Assembly (NCBI GenBank): GCA_963727505.1
Contig: CAVSGP010000014.1
Coordinates: forward strand, 32,001 to 96,000
DNA length: 64,000 nucleotides
Direction of reading: 5' to 3'
From: an uncultured Trueperaceae bacterium
GTDB lineage: Bacteria > Deinococcota > Deinococci > Deinococcales > Trueperaceae
In this document: one piece after another, positions 9,732 to 20,897 of the stretch
Numbering within the stretch: position 1 is the stretch's first letter
Layout of the letters: every line of letters begins with the position of its first letter
Program-made: the position numbers and the translations under genes
Notes under the pieces: model-generated
What the model was told of the DNA's origin: nothing
Seen by the model: only the letters and a program-made list of their open reading frames with translations
Database searches by the model: none

Positions 9732-10919
9732 TCAGGCGTCCGGGAGGGCCGTCCACGCCGCCCGCAAGGCGCCGTCGATCGCTTCCAGGCGCGGTCCCGC
9801 CCCCTGCGCCCGCTCCGGTCGGCCGCCTCCGCGCCCGTCCACCTCGGCCAGCGCTGCCTCGAGGACCGGTCGCAGATCCCAGGCGACGGTGGGCCCCCGG
9901 GCGAACGCCAGTCGCACGCGTTCGCCGGCTCGAGATGCCAGCAGCGCGACGACGCCATCGCGGCCTGCCAGCGCGTCGAGCGCGGGCTCGAGCATCGCGT
10001 CCTCGACCTCGGCGCGCACCACCCGGACCCCGCCGCGACGCTCGGCCCGTTCGACGAGGCGCTCCGCCAGCTCGTCGGCGCGCCGTGCATGCGCCGCGGC
10101 GAGCTCCGCGCGCGCGTCCGAGAGCTCCTGCTGGAGCCGCGCGACGCGCGACGGCAGCTCCGGGACCGGTGCGCTGAAGCGCTGCACCAGCTCCGCGGCC
10201 AGAGCGTGCTTGGCGCCGTAGTCCTCGACCGCCTCCCAGCCGGCCCGGAAGATGACGCGTCGGAGCCCGCCGCGAACCCGCTCGGACCCCAGCACCTTGA
10301 TGGGCAGGGTCTCGGCCGTGCTCGCCAGGTGCGTGCCACCGCAGGCGGCGATCTCCACATCGCCCATCGCCACCAGCCGGATGCGGCCGCGCACCTTGGG
10401 AGGGCGCCGCAAGGCGTAGCCGTCGAGATCACTCTCGTCGACCTCGAAGCTCACGATCGGCAGGGCGGCGAAGGCGAAGGTGTTGGCGAGGCCCTCGGCG
10501 CTATGGAGATCGTCGTCGGCAGGGTTGCCGGCCAGGTCGAGCGTGCACTCGGGCCCGCGGAGGCTCACGCTGCGCGTCTCGAAGGCGCGAGCGACGCGCA
10601 CGAAGGCCTGCGAGAGCAGGTGCTGCGCGCTGTGACGCTGCATGTGACGATAGCGGCGCTCCCAGTCGAGCACGCCCTCGACCTCCTCGCCCGGTTCCAG
10701 CGCGGGAGCCTCGAGGCGGTGCCAGACCGTGCCGCCGCGCACCGTCACGTCGACGACGGCAACGCCGCCCAGGCGCCCGGTGTCGTGGAGCTGGCCGCCG
10801 GAGGTGGGGTAGAAGGCACTGGCGTCGAGGGCGACCCAGAAGCCGTCGTCACGGCTCTCCACCTCGCGCACGCGGTTGTGGAAGCGGCGCAGGTAGCTGT
10901 CTCGCTGCTCGAGGCGCAT
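9732..10919 (-). CDS. AlaX-type alanyl-tRNA editing protein with C-terminal DHHA1 domain
   Basis: [18 protein letters not shown] (HxxxH), CGGTH and GRGGG..AQG motifs. ATG 10919 lies 6 nt after TACACT. Confidence 0.9.
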   Translation of the reverse strand: MRLEQRDSYLRRFHNRVREVESRDDGFWVALDASAFYPTSGGQLHDTGRLGGVAVVDVTVRGGTVWHRLEAPALEPGEEVEGVLDWERRYRHMQRHSAQHLLSQAFVRVARAFETRSVSLRGPECTLDLAGNPADDDLHSAEGLANTFAFAALPIVSFEVDESDLDGYALRRPPKVRGRIRLVAMGDVEIAACGGTHLASTAETLPIKVLGSERVRGGLRRVIFRAGWEAVEDYGAKHALAAELVQRFSAPVPELPSRVARLQQELSDARAELAAAHARRADELAERLVERAERRGGVRVVRAEVEDAMLEPALDALAGRDGVVALLASRAGERVRLAFARGPTVAWDLRPVLEAALAEVDGRGGGRPERAQGAGPRLEAIDGALRAAWTALPDA

Positions 10920-11254
10920 TCGGGAAGTGTACCCCGAGCCCGCCGGCCTCCCGACGCCTGCCCGCGCCCGAACCGTCGGGTGCGATACGGTCACGGATCA
11001 CCGCCCACGCCTATGTTTGCACCATGCCGCGCGGCGGCGGCCCCCGAAGGGGAGGCGCCCGCGCCCCGGAAGGAACCGGACATGGAATCGTCCCCCGAAC
11101 CGAACCCCGTCACGGCACCGAAGCGCGCGCCGTCTGCGCCTACAATGGGGGCAACGCTCGAGCCTGCCGCGTCCGGATGGGTCGCCGCCGAACCCGCCGC
11201 CGAACCGCCGCCGGACGGGCCGATTTCGAGCCGGTCGCAGCCACGGAGGTCCAC

Positions 11255-11860
11255 GTGCGGAGCTCGCCCCACCTCATCCATCCCGCCGAGCCCGAGTTCG
11301 ACGAGGTCGGCGACACCCAGCTCGACCATCTCGTCGCCGAGTTGCTCACCGCGCTCGGGGAAGATGTCACGCGCGAGGGGATGCTGCGCACCCCGCAACG
11401 CGTCGAGCGCTCGCTGCGCTTCCTCATGAGCGGCTACGACGTGTCGGTCGATCAGATCATCAACGAAGCGTTGTTCACGGCCGAGGCATCCGACATGGTG
11501 GTCGTGAAGGACATCGAGTTCTACTCGCTGTGCGAGCACCACATGCTGCCTTTCTTCGGCAAGGCGCACATCGCCTACATCCCGGGCAAGAAGATCCTCG
11601 GTCTGAGCAAGTTCGCGCGCGTGGTCGACGTCTTCGCGCGGCGCATGCAGGTCCAGGAGCGGATGACCTCCCAGATCGCCGACGCCCTGGTGGAGGTGCT
11701 CGAGCCCGCGGGCCTGGCTGTCGTCACCGAGGCCAGCCACCTCTGCATGATGATGCGCGGGGTCGAGAAGCAGGGGTCCACCACCCGCACCGCGAGCATG
11801 CGCGGTGTGTTCAAGACCGACGCGCGTACGCGCCAGGAGTTCCTCGACGCCATCGCCTGA
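11255..11860 (+). CDS. folE: GTP cyclohydrolase I
   Basis: [24 protein letters not shown] and HLCMMMRGV motifs. GTG 11255 follows GGAGG. Confidence 0.95.
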   Translation: MRSSPHLIHPAEPEFDEVGDTQLDHLVAELLTALGEDVTREGMLRTPQRVERSLRFLMSGYDVSVDQIINEALFTAEASDMVVVKDIEFYSLCEHHMLPFFGKAHIAYIPGKKILGLSKFARVVDVFARRMQVQERMTSQIADALVEVLEPAGLAVVTEASHLCMMMRGVEKQGSTTRTASMRGVFKTDARTRQEFLDAIA

Positions 11861-11962
11861 CGGGCGTTGCTGTGAGAGGCCCTGCCGTGAGGGAACCTGC
11901 CGTGGAAGTCCCCCGCACGACGTTCGTGCGGGGGACCGCTCTTTCGTGCCGAAGGTCGCGCC

Positions 11963-12733
11963 TCAGAGCACGTGGGTCTCGAGCCAGGCGGCCACGCCGC
12001 CGTCCTCTGGGGAACCGATGTGCTCCGCGGCGGCCGCCACCAGATCGGGATGGGCGTCGCCCACTGCCACGCCATGGCCCGCCCAGGTCACCATCGTGAA
12101 GTCGTTCATGCCGTCGCCGAAGGCGACCACCTCGCTCCGCGGGATGCCCGCGAGCTCGGCGATGAGGGCGAGCGCCGATCCCTTGTCCGCATGGGCGGGG
12201 AGCACCTCCAGGAAACCGTCGCCCCACAGGTAGCGCAGCATGTCGGGGTGGCGCGTCGCCACCTCACGGTCGACCTCGCCGCTGCGCTCCTGCGAGTAGA
12301 ACACCAGCTTGTCCGCGTCGAGGGCCATGCCGGGGCGGAAGCGGTCGACGCGCCGGCTGCGGGTGTGGGCCCAGCCCCAGCGGTCGTCGTCCGGGTCGCG
12401 CACCCATAGGACGTCGTCGACGATGCAGCTGAACTCGACCTCGCCGTCGGTGAGGTAGCCGCCCAGGAGCCCGTCGACGTGCTGCGCGGCGATGCGCCGC
12501 CGCCGCAGCTCGTGGCCGCCCTCGCCCATCACGTGGCCGCCGTGGTTGACGCTGTAGGGCCCGGCGATGCCGAGCTGGTCGAGGTAGGGCTTGGCCGCGG
12601 CGAGGGGGCGGCCGGTCAGCACCGTGACCAGGTGGCCGCGCTCGCGGCAGCCGCGGATCGCCTGCTCGATCGCGTCGGGCAGGACGAAGTCGTCGGTGAC
12701 AAGGGTCTTGTCGAGATCGAAGGCCAGCAGCAC
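11963..12733 (-). CDS. Cof-type HAD hydrolase
   Basis: FDLDKTL, TGR, DKGSAL and FGDGMND motifs. Confidence 0.92.
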   Translation of the reverse strand: MLLAFDLDKTLVTDDFVLPDAIEQAIRGCRERGHLVTVLTGRPLAAAKPYLDQLGIAGPYSVNHGGHVMGEGGHELRRRRIAAQHVDGLLGGYLTDGEVEFSCIVDDVLWVRDPDDDRWGWAHTRSRRVDRFRPGMALDADKLVFYSQERSGEVDREVATRHPDMLRYLWGDGFLEVLPAHADKGSALALIAELAGIPRSEVVAFGDGMNDFTMVTWAGHGVAVGDAHPDLVAAAAEHIGSPEDGGVAAWLETHVL

Positions 12734-12833
12734 GAGGTGAGCTTACCCCACGCCCCGGAGCGCCAGCGTCGCCGGCTCACCGGGCGGCGGCGCGGGCCGC
12801 GTGGTCGCTAGCAGCGCCGGATCCCCGGGTCCC

Positions 12834-14108
12834 TCACCGGGCTGCGGGCGGCTGCCAGAGCGAGGCGTCCAAGCCGAAGCTCTGCAGCGTCCCGTCGGCC
12901 TCGCCGGCGTAGAGCACGAGCCTGGCGCCGCGCCAGCGGGCCGCCAGGTTGCTCCGGAGCGGGGAGTCGAGCGAGAGCATGCGCTCGGTCGCGCACCCGC
13001 CAGCGGTGCAGGCGACCACCTGCACGTTTCGGAGGTCGAGACTGGGCAGGGCCAGCACGTCGACGGCGGTGCCGCCGGCATCCGCGGGCGGAGGGAGGAG
13101 CAGCCCCAGGTCCAGGTTGCGCGAGCCGAGCTGGTGGTTGGTGACGCCCAGCGCGTAGCGGGACACCTCCAGGCGGGCCCCCGCGATGCGGAAGCGTTCC
13201 AGCGGTCCGCCGAGGTGGGGCGTGCGCACGGCGTAGGCGTTCTCGCCCGAGGCGGCGAAGAGATTCGACCAGCGGTCGGGAGTGCCGATGGGCGGGGCGC
13301 TGGCCACCGCGGTGAGCGCCCCGCCCCGGAGCGCGATCGCCGTGACGCCCGCGCCCGCGTCGGGCGTGGAGCGCGTGATGAGCATGCCGTAGGGCCCGGC
13401 GGCCGGGAACGGTTGGATCCGTCGCTGCTCGATGACGGCGGGCGCGGCCACCTGGTAGGTCGCAACCGGGGAGAGGTCGTCCTGACGCAGCAGCGTCACC
13501 GCGCCGGCCTCGATCTCATCGCCGAGGATGCCGTGGCGGTAGCGCTGGGTGGGTTGCGACAGGACCGCCACACCGTCCTCCAGCGGGACCGGGTCACCGT
13601 CGGGGAGCGCGTCGAGCGACTGGCGGGCGATCGTCTTCAGTTCGGGGGAGAGCAGAAGCATGCTACGTGCGTCGGAGCTGACGGCTACCACGCGCCCGTC
13701 AGGAAGACACGCCGGCCGGCTGTGGGGACTGACCGCGGGCCCCACGTGCGAGCCCGGCCCGGTGAGCGTTCGGAGCCGCCCGTTCCCGTCGACGGCCAGG
13801 AGCTGGCCGCCGCAGAGCCGCAGGCTGTCGCCGCGCGCGGAGCCGGCCAACACCCTGACGGTGCCGTCCGCGAGATGCAACTGGACCTGGCCGTCGCTCT
13901 GCAGCGTGGCCGCCCCGTCGGGCGTCGGCGTCACCCAGATGGTGGCGGCGACGGGGGCCGCGGCGCGAGCGGGCGCGAACGCCAGGGTGGCCGCGGCGAG
14001 AACGGGCAACGCGCGCGCCAGCAGGGCTCGGGCGGGACTCCGCAGGGCGGCCGGCGACGGCCGCTCGCAGGGCTTCGTGGAGGGGGGCGAGCAACGGGCC
14101 ACGCGCAT
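12834..14108 (-). CDS. Secreted hypothetical protein, probably beta-propeller/FG-GAP-like (start uncertain)
   Basis: Signal-peptide-like LPVLAAATLAFAPARA, PTQRYRHGILGDEIEA and VRTPHLGG segments, and repeated short beta-strand pattern. Confidence 0.55.
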   Translation of the reverse strand: MRVARCSPPSTKPCERPSPAALRSPARALLARALPVLAAATLAFAPARAAAPVAATIWVTPTPDGAATLQSDGQVQLHLADGTVRVLAGSARGDSLRLCGGQLLAVDGNGRLRTLTGPGSHVGPAVSPHSRPACLPDGRVVAVSSDARSMLLLSPELKTIARQSLDALPDGDPVPLEDGVAVLSQPTQRYRHGILGDEIEAGAVTLLRQDDLSPVATYQVAAPAVIEQRRIQPFPAAGPYGMLITRSTPDAGAGVTAIALRGGALTAVASAPPIGTPDRWSNLFAASGENAYAVRTPHLGGPLERFRIAGARLEVSRYALGVTNHQLGSRNLDLGLLLPPPADAGGTAVDVLALPSLDLRNVQVVACTAGGCATERMLSLDSPLRSNLAARWRGARLVLYAGEADGTLQSFGLDASLWQPPAAR

Positions 14109-14237
14109 CGTCCTGACGGTATCAGGCGGCGGTGACCGCGACGGCCTCGCGGCGTACCCGGGTTGCGGGGGAAGCGGCCTTGTGGGATTCCAGTGTCGGG
14201 GGCGGGAGGAATCGCGGGCGGAATCGGTTGCGACCGG

Positions 14238-14246
14238 TGATACAAT
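14238..14246 (+). promoter_or_regulatory. Extended -10 promoter (TGaTACAAT) of sdhCDAB
   Basis: TGnTACAAT about 50 nt upstream of the sdhC ATG, with an AGGAGG SD at 14282-14287. Confidence 0.6.
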
Positions 14247-14293
14247 CCCGTGAACATGGTTGTGAGCGTCCGCTCGGCCCCAGGAGGTTATTC

Positions 14294-14656
14294 ATGTATC
14301 GAGGAAGAGAGGGTCAGTGGGCCTTCGTGCTCCACCGGATCACCGGTGTAGCCCTGGCGCTGTACCTGCTTCTGCACGTCTTCGATGTCGGCTTGGTGAT
14401 GTACGGGCCCAAGGGTCCGTTCAACGTGTTCCTGGCGTTCTATCACCAGTGGCCGTTCCGCATCGGCCTCGTCCTGGTGATGGCGGCCGTCGTCTACCAC
14501 GGTCTCAACGGGTTGCGCATCATCCTGATGGACTTCACCTCGTGGGGCATCCGGTACCAGCGCGGTCTGTGGTACGGCGTGCTGGCGCTGACGACGGTGA
14601 TCGGCATCCCGATCCTGATCAAGGTCGTGCCCGAGATCCTGGCAGGGAAAGCCTGA
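14294..14656 (+). CDS. sdhC: Succinate dehydrogenase cytochrome b subunit
   Basis: MYRGREGQWAFVLHRITG and YHGLNGLRIIL motifs; AGGAGG SD. Confidence 0.93.
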   Translation: MYRGREGQWAFVLHRITGVALALYLLLHVFDVGLVMYGPKGPFNVFLAFYHQWPFRIGLVLVMAAVVYHGLNGLRIILMDFTSWGIRYQRGLWYGVLALTTVIGIPILIKVVPEILAGKA

Positions 14657-15084
14657 TGGCCGCCCGCCCCCGGACTCTCAAGCAGGCGCGCGCCACGTAC
14701 GACACCAACCGCGAGCTGGCGTGGTGGGTGTTCATGCGGATCAGCGGTTTCCTGCTGATCTTCCTGGTGTTCGCGCACCTGTTCTTCAACAACATCCAGA
14801 TCAACGTCGCGACCGTCGACTACGCCTACGTCGCGCAGCGGTTGTCGAAGGCCTGGGTGAAGGTCTACGAGTCGTTCCTGCTCGGGCTCGCCATGCTGCA
14901 CGGCACCAACGGGCTGCGCTACAGCATCGAGGACTACTTCACGCGTCCATCCACCCGGTTCTGGCTCAAGGCCGTGGTGTTCACCGTGGCAGCCGCGCTG
15001 TTCGTGATCGGTGTGATGGCGCTGTGGGCCTTCAGCTACCAGCAGATGGGCGACGCCATCAACGCTGCCAGTAACGGCGGCTAG
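14656..15084 (+). CDS. sdhD: Succinate dehydrogenase hydrophobic anchor subunit
   Basis: WVFMRISG and [13 protein letters not shown] motifs; TGATG overlap with sdhC. Confidence 0.92.
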   Translation: MAARPRTLKQARATYDTNRELAWWVFMRISGFLLIFLVFAHLFFNNIQINVATVDYAYVAQRLSKAWVKVYESFLLGLAMLHGTNGLRYSIEDYFTRPSTRFWLKAVVFTVAAALFVIGVMALWAFSYQQMGDAINAASNGG

Positions 15085-15101
15085 GAGGGCTGCACAACGC
15101 C

Positions 15102-16841
15102 ATGAAACGAGCACACAGGTACGACGTGATCGTCGTGGGCGCCGGCGGAGCCGGGCTCATGGCGGCGCGCTACGCCGCCCAGAACCCCAACGTCTCCGTG
15201 GCGGTCATCTCCAAGCTGTACCCGACGCGCTCCCACACCGGAGCGGCGCAGGGCGGCGTCGGAGCGGCGCTGGGCAACATCAGCGACGACAACCCCGAGT
15301 GGCACGCCTACGACACGGTCAAGGGCGGGGATTACCTCACCGACCAGGACGTGGCCACGACGTTCGCTCAGGAGGTCATCGAGGCCGTCTTCGACATGGA
15401 GCACATGGGGCTGCCGTTCAGCCGCACGCCCGAGGGCAAGATCGCCCAGCGCAAGTTCGGCGGGCATACCCGTGAGCACGGCAAGTCGGCCGTCGAGCGC
15501 GCCTGCTACGCGGCCGACCGCACCGGCCACATGATCCTGCAGACGCTCTACCAGCAGTCGATCAAGGACAACGTCACCTTCTTCAACGAGTTCCACGTGC
15601 TGGACGTGCTGATCGAGGATGGCGAAGCGCGCGGCGTGGTCGCTTACGAGCTGGCGACCGGCGAGCTGCACACCTTCCACGCCAAGTCCACGGTCATCGC
15701 CACGGGCGGCTTCGGGCGCATGTTCCAGGTGACCTCCAACGCCCACGCCCTCACCGGCGACCTGACGAGCATCGTCTACCGCCGCGGCATCCCCATCGAG
15801 GACCCGGAGTTCTTCCAGTTCCACCCCACCGGCCTGTATCGCATCGGCGTGCTCCTCACCGAGGGCGCGCGCGGTGAGGGCGGCATCCTGCGCAACAGCG
15901 AGGGTGAACGCTTCATGGAGCGCTACGCCCCCACCATCAAGGACCTGGCGCCGCGCGACATGGTGAGCCGCGCGATGTACCTGGAGGTTCGCGAGGGTCG
16001 CGGCGTCGGGCCCGAGAAGGATCACATCCTGCTCGACCTGACGCACATCGATGCGGCCATCATCGAGGAGCGCCTCCCCGACATCACGGAGTTCGCGCGC
16101 ATCTACCTCGGCGTCGATCCCATCAAGGAGCCGGTGCCGGTGCAGCCGACCGCGCACTACGCGATGGGCGGCATCCCCACCACCATCGACACCAACGTGA
16201 TCCGTGACGGTGCCAACACCATCGTCCCCGGTCTCTACGCCGCCGGCGAGGTGGCCTGCGCCAGCTTGCACGGCGCCAACCGCCTCGGCACCAACTCGCT
16301 GGGGGACCTGCTGGTGTTCGGCCGGCGGGCGGGTATGCATGCCGCCGAGTACGCGGCCTCTGCGAGCTTCGCGGAGCTCCCCAAGGATGCCGAGGAGCGT
16401 TCGCGCGCCCTCATCGACGCCGCGCGCGCCGGATCCGGGAAGGAGAAGGCGGGCCGGCTGCGCAAGGAGCTGCAACGCAGCATGATGGACCAGGCGTCGG
16501 TGTTCCGCACCGCCGAGACGCTCCAGGCGGAGGTCGACAAAGTCAAGGAGCTCAAGCAGCGCTACCGCGAGGTCGGCGTCGAGGACACCGGCGCCCAGTT
16601 CAATACCGAGCTCATGGAAGTGCTCGAACTCGGGTTCCTGCTCGACAACGCCGAGCAGCTCACCAACGCCGCCCTGAACAGGACGGAGTCGCGCGGCGCG
16701 CACTCGCGCGAGGACTACAAGGAGCGCGACGACGAGAACTGGCTCAAGCACACGCTGGTCTACAAGGACGGAAGCGGCGTGCGCATCGACTACAAGCCCG
16801 TGACGCTCGGCATCTATGAGCCGAAGCCCCGGGTGTACTAG
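15102..16841 (+). CDS. sdhA: Succinate dehydrogenase flavoprotein
   Basis: [16 protein letters not shown] (covalent FAD His), QFHPTG, HGANRLG and ESRGAH motifs. Confidence 0.97.
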   Translation: MKRAHRYDVIVVGAGGAGLMAARYAAQNPNVSVAVISKLYPTRSHTGAAQGGVGAALGNISDDNPEWHAYDTVKGGDYLTDQDVATTFAQEVIEAVFDMEHMGLPFSRTPEGKIAQRKFGGHTREHGKSAVERACYAADRTGHMILQTLYQQSIKDNVTFFNEFHVLDVLIEDGEARGVVAYELATGELHTFHAKSTVIATGGFGRMFQVTSNAHALTGDLTSIVYRRGIPIEDPEFFQFHPTGLYRIGVLLTEGARGEGGILRNSEGERFMERYAPTIKDLAPRDMVSRAMYLEVREGRGVGPEKDHILLDLTHIDAAIIEERLPDITEFARIYLGVDPIKEPVPVQPTAHYAMGGIPTTIDTNVIRDGANTIVPGLYAAGEVACASLHGANRLGTNSLGDLLVFGRRAGMHAAEYAASASFAELPKDAEERSRALIDAARAGSGKEKAGRLRKELQRSMMDQASVFRTAETLQAEVDKVKELKQRYREVGVEDTGAQFNTELMEVLELGFLLDNAEQLTNAALNRTESRGAHSREDYKERDDENWLKHTLVYKDGSGVRIDYKPVTLGIYEPKPRVY

Positions 16842-16852
16842 GGGGCGCTTGC

Positions 16853-17551
16853 ATGGACGTCACGTTCCGCATCAAACGCTTCGATCCCGACAAGGACGCC
16901 CGGCCCCACTGGCAGGAGTTCAAGCTCCAGGCGGGGCCGATGGACCGCGTCCTCGACGTGCTCAACGAGCTCAAGTGGGAGCAGGATGGCAGCATCAGCT
17001 ACCGCCGGAGCTGCGCCCACGGCATCTGCGGCTCGGATGCCATGGTCATCAACGGCGTCAACCGGCTGGCCTGCAAGGTGCTGGTGAAGGACCTCGGCAC
17101 CGAGATCGCGGTCGAGCCGTTACGCGGCCTTCCGGTGCTCAAGGACCTGATCGTCGACATGGAGCCCTTCTTCGACGCCTACAAGGCCGTGCTCCCCTAC
17201 TTCATCAACGACGATCCGGCACCCGCGACCGAGCGCTACCAGAGCGCCGAGGATCGCGACCGCTTCGACGCCACGACCAAGTGCATCCTCTGTGCGGCGT
17301 GCACGACGAGCTGCCCGGTGTTCTGGACCAACGGTCGCTACCTGGGGCCGGCGGCCATCGTCAACGCCCACCGCTTCATCTTCGACTCGCGCGACCAGGG
17401 TGCCGACCAGCGGCTGCAGGCGCTCAACCAGATGAACGGCCTGTGGCGGTGCCGCACTGCCTACAACTGCACCGAGGCGTGTCCGCGCGGCATCCCGGTC
17501 ACGCAGGCCATCGAAGAGGTCAAGCGCGAGGTGCTGTGGCGGCGCAGTTGA
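16853..17551 (+). CDS. sdhB: Succinate dehydrogenase iron-sulfur subunit
   Basis: SCAHGICGSD, CILCAACTTSCP and CRTAYNCTEACP motifs. Confidence 0.97.
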   Translation: MDVTFRIKRFDPDKDARPHWQEFKLQAGPMDRVLDVLNELKWEQDGSISYRRSCAHGICGSDAMVINGVNRLACKVLVKDLGTEIAVEPLRGLPVLKDLIVDMEPFFDAYKAVLPYFINDDPAPATERYQSAEDRDRFDATTKCILCAACTTSCPVFWTNGRYLGPAAIVNAHRFIFDSRDQGADQRLQALNQMNGLWRCRTAYNCTEACPRGIPVTQAIEEVKREVLWRRS

Positions 17552-17673
17552 GGTCCCGTCGGGCCTCGGGCCGCACGGTCTGAGGGTCTGCCGATCGGTC
17601 CCGCGCAGGGTGTTCGCGGGTGGCGCGGCGGGGAGGTCCCCGCCGCGCGCCTGCCTCTCGGGAGGCGTCCGCT

Positions 17674-18597
17674 ATGAGCGTGGTGCTCGTCGTCGTCGGT
17701 GTTGTGCTGCTCTACGCCGGCGGGGAGGTGCTGGTCCGTTCGGCCAGCGGCCTGGCGGCGCGGCTCGGCGTTCGACCGATGGTGATCGGTCTGACGGTCG
17801 TGGCCTTCGGCACCAGCGCGCCGGAGCTGGCGGCCAGCCTGACGGCCGCCCTCTCGGGGACGCCCGAGATCGCCATCGGCAACGTGGTGGGCTCGAACAT
17901 CGCCAACGTGGGGTTGATCCTCGGTCTCACGGCGATGGTCTACCCGCTCGTCACCGGCAGCCGCTTCGTGCGGCGCGAGGTGCCACTGATGTTGCTGGTC
18001 ACCGCGCTGCTGGTGCCGGTGCTATGGGGCGGCGCGGTGCTCCGCTGGGAGGGCGTGCTCCTGCTGGCGGTGCTGGCGGGCTTCCTCTGGATCATCACGC
18101 GGACGGGCTCGAGCGTGCTGGACGAAGTGGCGGACGCGCGGCCGGCGCACGCCCCGGCCTGGCTGGGGTTGCTCGGCACCGCGGCGGGCATCGCCCTGCT
18201 CTGGTTCGGCGCCCGCTCGCTCGTCGGCGGCGCCGTGCAGATCGCGACCAGCTTCGGCATCCCGCAGCGGGTCATCGGCCTGACCCTGGTCGCGGTGGGC
18301 ACCAGCCTGCCCGAGCTGGCCAGCAGCATGGTGGCCGCCATGCGGCGCGAGACCGACATCATCCTCGGCAACATCGTGGGCTCCAACGTGTTCAACCTGC
18401 TGGCGGTGCTCGGCACCACCGCGCTGGTGCGGCCGATCCGCTTCGACGGCGCGGGCGCCACCGTCGACATCGTGGTGATGGCGCTGTTCAGCGTTGCGTT
18501 GCTGCCCCTGATGTGGCGCGGCGAGCGGCTGGGGCGCGCGGCGGGCTTCTTCTTGCTGCTGGGATACGCCGTGTACATCCTCACGCTGGTGGCGTGA
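17674..18597 (+). CDS. Ca2+/Na+ antiporter (YrbG family)
   Basis: Two alpha repeats: GTSAPE..GNVVGSN and GTSLPE..GNIVGSN. Confidence 0.93.
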   Translation: MSVVLVVVGVVLLYAGGEVLVRSASGLAARLGVRPMVIGLTVVAFGTSAPELAASLTAALSGTPEIAIGNVVGSNIANVGLILGLTAMVYPLVTGSRFVRREVPLMLLVTALLVPVLWGGAVLRWEGVLLLAVLAGFLWIITRTGSSVLDEVADARPAHAPAWLGLLGTAAGIALLWFGARSLVGGAVQIATSFGIPQRVIGLTLVAVGTSLPELASSMVAAMRRETDIILGNIVGSNVFNLLAVLGTTALVRPIRFDGAGATVDIVVMALFSVALLPLMWRGERLGRAAGFFLLLGYAVYILTLVA

Positions 18598-18666
18598 GCG
18601 GGCGCGGCCCGCGCAGCGCTTCGTGCCAGGTTCCCCAGCGCCCATGTCGCGCCCGCACCCGCCCGC

Positions 18667-19368
18667 TCAGGCCTCCCGGTCGTTCCCGAGGAAACGCTCG
18701 AAGTAGCCCAGGGTCCGGCGCCAGGCGTCCTCGGACGCGGCGGGGTCGTGGCTGCGGGGGTTGCGGTCGTTGAAGAAGGAGTGGCGGGCGCCGGGGTAGA
18801 CGACGATGTCGTGCTCGATGTCGGCGTCGTCCAGCGCGCGGTCGAGGCGTCGGCCCATGCCCGCGGTGAAGTCGTTGCCAGGGTAGGAGCCCACCACCGG
18901 GCAGAGCCGCTGGACGGCTTCGAACGGCCGCGGGTTCTGGGCGTAGAAGGGGGCGATGGCCTGCAGCCGGTCGTCGCCGGCCGCCCAGGCGATCGCGAAC
19001 GATCCCCCCATGCAGAAGCCGACGGCGCCGACGCGCTCGGCCGCCACCTCGGGCCGCACGGCGAGCCAGTCGAGGGTGCGCCGGAGGTCCCGGATGCCCT
19101 GGTGGTCGAGCGCATTGAGCAGCAGGCCGCCCATGAAGCGTGCCATGCAGAGCGCGCGGTTGCGACCCGCGAAGAGGTCCACGGCCAGGGCGGCGTAGCC
19201 CTCGGCCGCGAAACGGTCGGCCACATCCCGGATGTGGTCGTTCAGGCCGAAGATCTCGTGGATGACCACGACCGCCGGGTGCGGGCCGCCCCCCGAAGGC
19301 AGGGCCAGGTGGCCCGTCAGCGTCGCCCCGTCGCCGGAGAGCGTGACGTCGCTGGTGAGCGTCTCCAT
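18667..19368 (-). CDS. Dienelactone hydrolase family protein
   Basis: HEIFGLNDHI, GFCMGG and YPGARHSF motifs. Confidence 0.93.
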   Translation of the reverse strand: METLTSDVTLSGDGATLTGHLALPSGGGPHPAVVVIHEIFGLNDHIRDVADRFAAEGYAALAVDLFAGRNRALCMARFMGGLLLNALDHQGIRDLRRTLDWLAVRPEVAAERVGAVGFCMGGSFAIAWAAGDDRLQAIAPFYAQNPRPFEAVQRLCPVVGSYPGNDFTAGMGRRLDRALDDADIEHDIVVYPGARHSFFNDRNPRSHDPAASEDAWRRTLGYFERFLGNDREA

Positions 19369-19378
19369 GCGGCCTCCC

Positions 19379-19756
19379 TTAACCGACCTCGGCGATCGCC
19401 TCGATCTCGATGCGCACGTCCTTGGGCAGGCGCGCCACCTGGACGGCGCTGCGCGCCGGCGGCTCGGCGGTGAAGTAGCTGCCGTAGACCTCGTTGACGG
19501 CCGCGAAGTCGTTCATGTCGGCCAGGAAGCAGGTGCACTTGACGGCCCGCTCCAGGCTCGATCCGCCCGCCTCCAGCACCGCTTTGACGTTCTCCATCAC
19601 CTGGCGGGTCTGCTCGCGGATATCGCCTTCGACCAGCGTTCCGTCGGGCGTGAGCGGGATCTGGCCGGCGGTGAACAGCAGGTCGCCCACCCGAACCGCC
19701 TGCGAGTAGGGGCCCACGGCGGCCGGGGCGGCGTCGGTCTTCACGATGCGTCTCAT
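19379..19756 (-). CDS. ridA: RidA family enamine/imine deaminase
   Basis: APAAVGPYSQA, NEVYGSYF, PARSAVQVARLP and IEIEAIA motifs. Confidence 0.92.
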   Translation of the reverse strand: MRRIVKTDAAPAAVGPYSQAVRVGDLLFTAGQIPLTPDGTLVEGDIREQTRQVMENVKAVLEAGGSSLERAVKCTCFLADMNDFAAVNEVYGSYFTAEPPARSAVQVARLPKDVRIEIEAIAEVG

Positions 19757-19806
19757 GGCCACCAGCCTAGCAGGGGCAGGACGCCCGCCCACGGCGGCCG
19801 CGAGCG

Positions 19807-20790
19807 CTAGCCACGCCAGAGGCTGAAGAGCAGGAACAACAGCAGCAGGTAGAGCGAGCCCAGGATCCAGATGCGATAGGGGTACCAGGGGTGCTTGCGC
19901 AGCTTCCCGAGCGGCCCGTTGGCGGGGAACTCGTCCTCGATGTGGCGGATGCCGCTCATGGTGTCGCTGATGTCGACCGACTCGGAGCTGCCCGCCTCGT
20001 CGGGGAGCGCGTAGCGCTTGGGCCGTGGCTCGACCTGGCGGATCTCGACCACCACCGCGGTGACGTTGTCGGGCGCGCCGCGGTCGTTGGATTCGGCGAT
20101 GAGTCGGCGCGCCGCCACCTCCGGCTCGGAGTCGGTGACGATCTGACGCAGCATCGTCTCGGACAGCAGCATGCTGACCCCGTCACTCAGTAGCAGGATA
20201 CGGTCGCCGGCCCGGACGTCGAAGTGGAGCACGTCGAGGCGGAAGCTGGCGGTGGCGCCGAGCGCGTTGGTGATGACGTTGCGCCAGCGGTGGTGGCGCG
20301 CCTCGTCGGCGGTGAGAAGCCCCTGCCGGACGCGGTCGGCGACCCAGCTGTGGTCGGCGGTGAGCTGGCGGATCTCGCCGGCACGGATCAGGTAGGCGCG
20401 GGAATCGCCGACATGGCCGATCAGGCCGACCTGGTCGTCGAGGTACACGGCGGTGAGGGTGGTTCCCATGCCGCGCACCTCGGGATGCTCGGCGGCATAG
20501 TCGTAGACCTCGAAGTTGGCCGTCTGCGCGGCCTTGGCCAGCGCTACCGGCGGCAGCAGGCGGGTGCGCTCGAGCTCGCGCCGCAACACCTCGACCGCCT
20601 TGCGGCTGGCGATCTCCCCGGCCCGGTGTCCGCCCATGCCGTCGGCGACGATCGCGAGGTAGCCCATGCCGGGCACGCGCCCGACGTAGAAGCTGTCCTG
20701 GTTGACCTGTCGGACGCGTCCTTCCTCGGACTGGCCGGCCCCCACGATCCGCGTGTCGGAAGGCGGGGTCGAGGGCTTGGGCGGTGCCAT
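19807..20790 (-). CDS. PP2C-type Ser/Thr phosphatase with C-terminal membrane anchor
   Basis: RQVNQD, ADGMGGH, GMGTT, HVGDSRAY, SDG and DNVT motifs; hydrophobic C-terminus. Confidence 0.92.
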   Translation of the reverse strand: MAPPKPSTPPSDTRIVGAGQSEEGRVRQVNQDSFYVGRVPGMGYLAIVADGMGGHRAGEIASRKAVEVLRRELERTRLLPPVALAKAAQTANFEVYDYAAEHPEVRGMGTTLTAVYLDDQVGLIGHVGDSRAYLIRAGEIRQLTADHSWVADRVRQGLLTADEARHHRWRNVITNALGATASFRLDVLHFDVRAGDRILLLSDGVSMLLSETMLRQIVTDSEPEVAARRLIAESNDRGAPDNVTAVVVEIRQVEPRPKRYALPDEAGSSESVDISDTMSGIRHIEDEFPANGPLGKLRKHPWYPYRIWILGSLYLLLLFLLFSLWRG

Positions 20791-20897
20791 GGCTGTCCAT
20801 TCTAGCCGCCCGTGGTGGTGGCGGCACGATGAAACAACGCACTCGAAGGCCGTGCGGGACGTACCTCCTGCGAGATGCCTCTGGTATGCTCGCCGGC

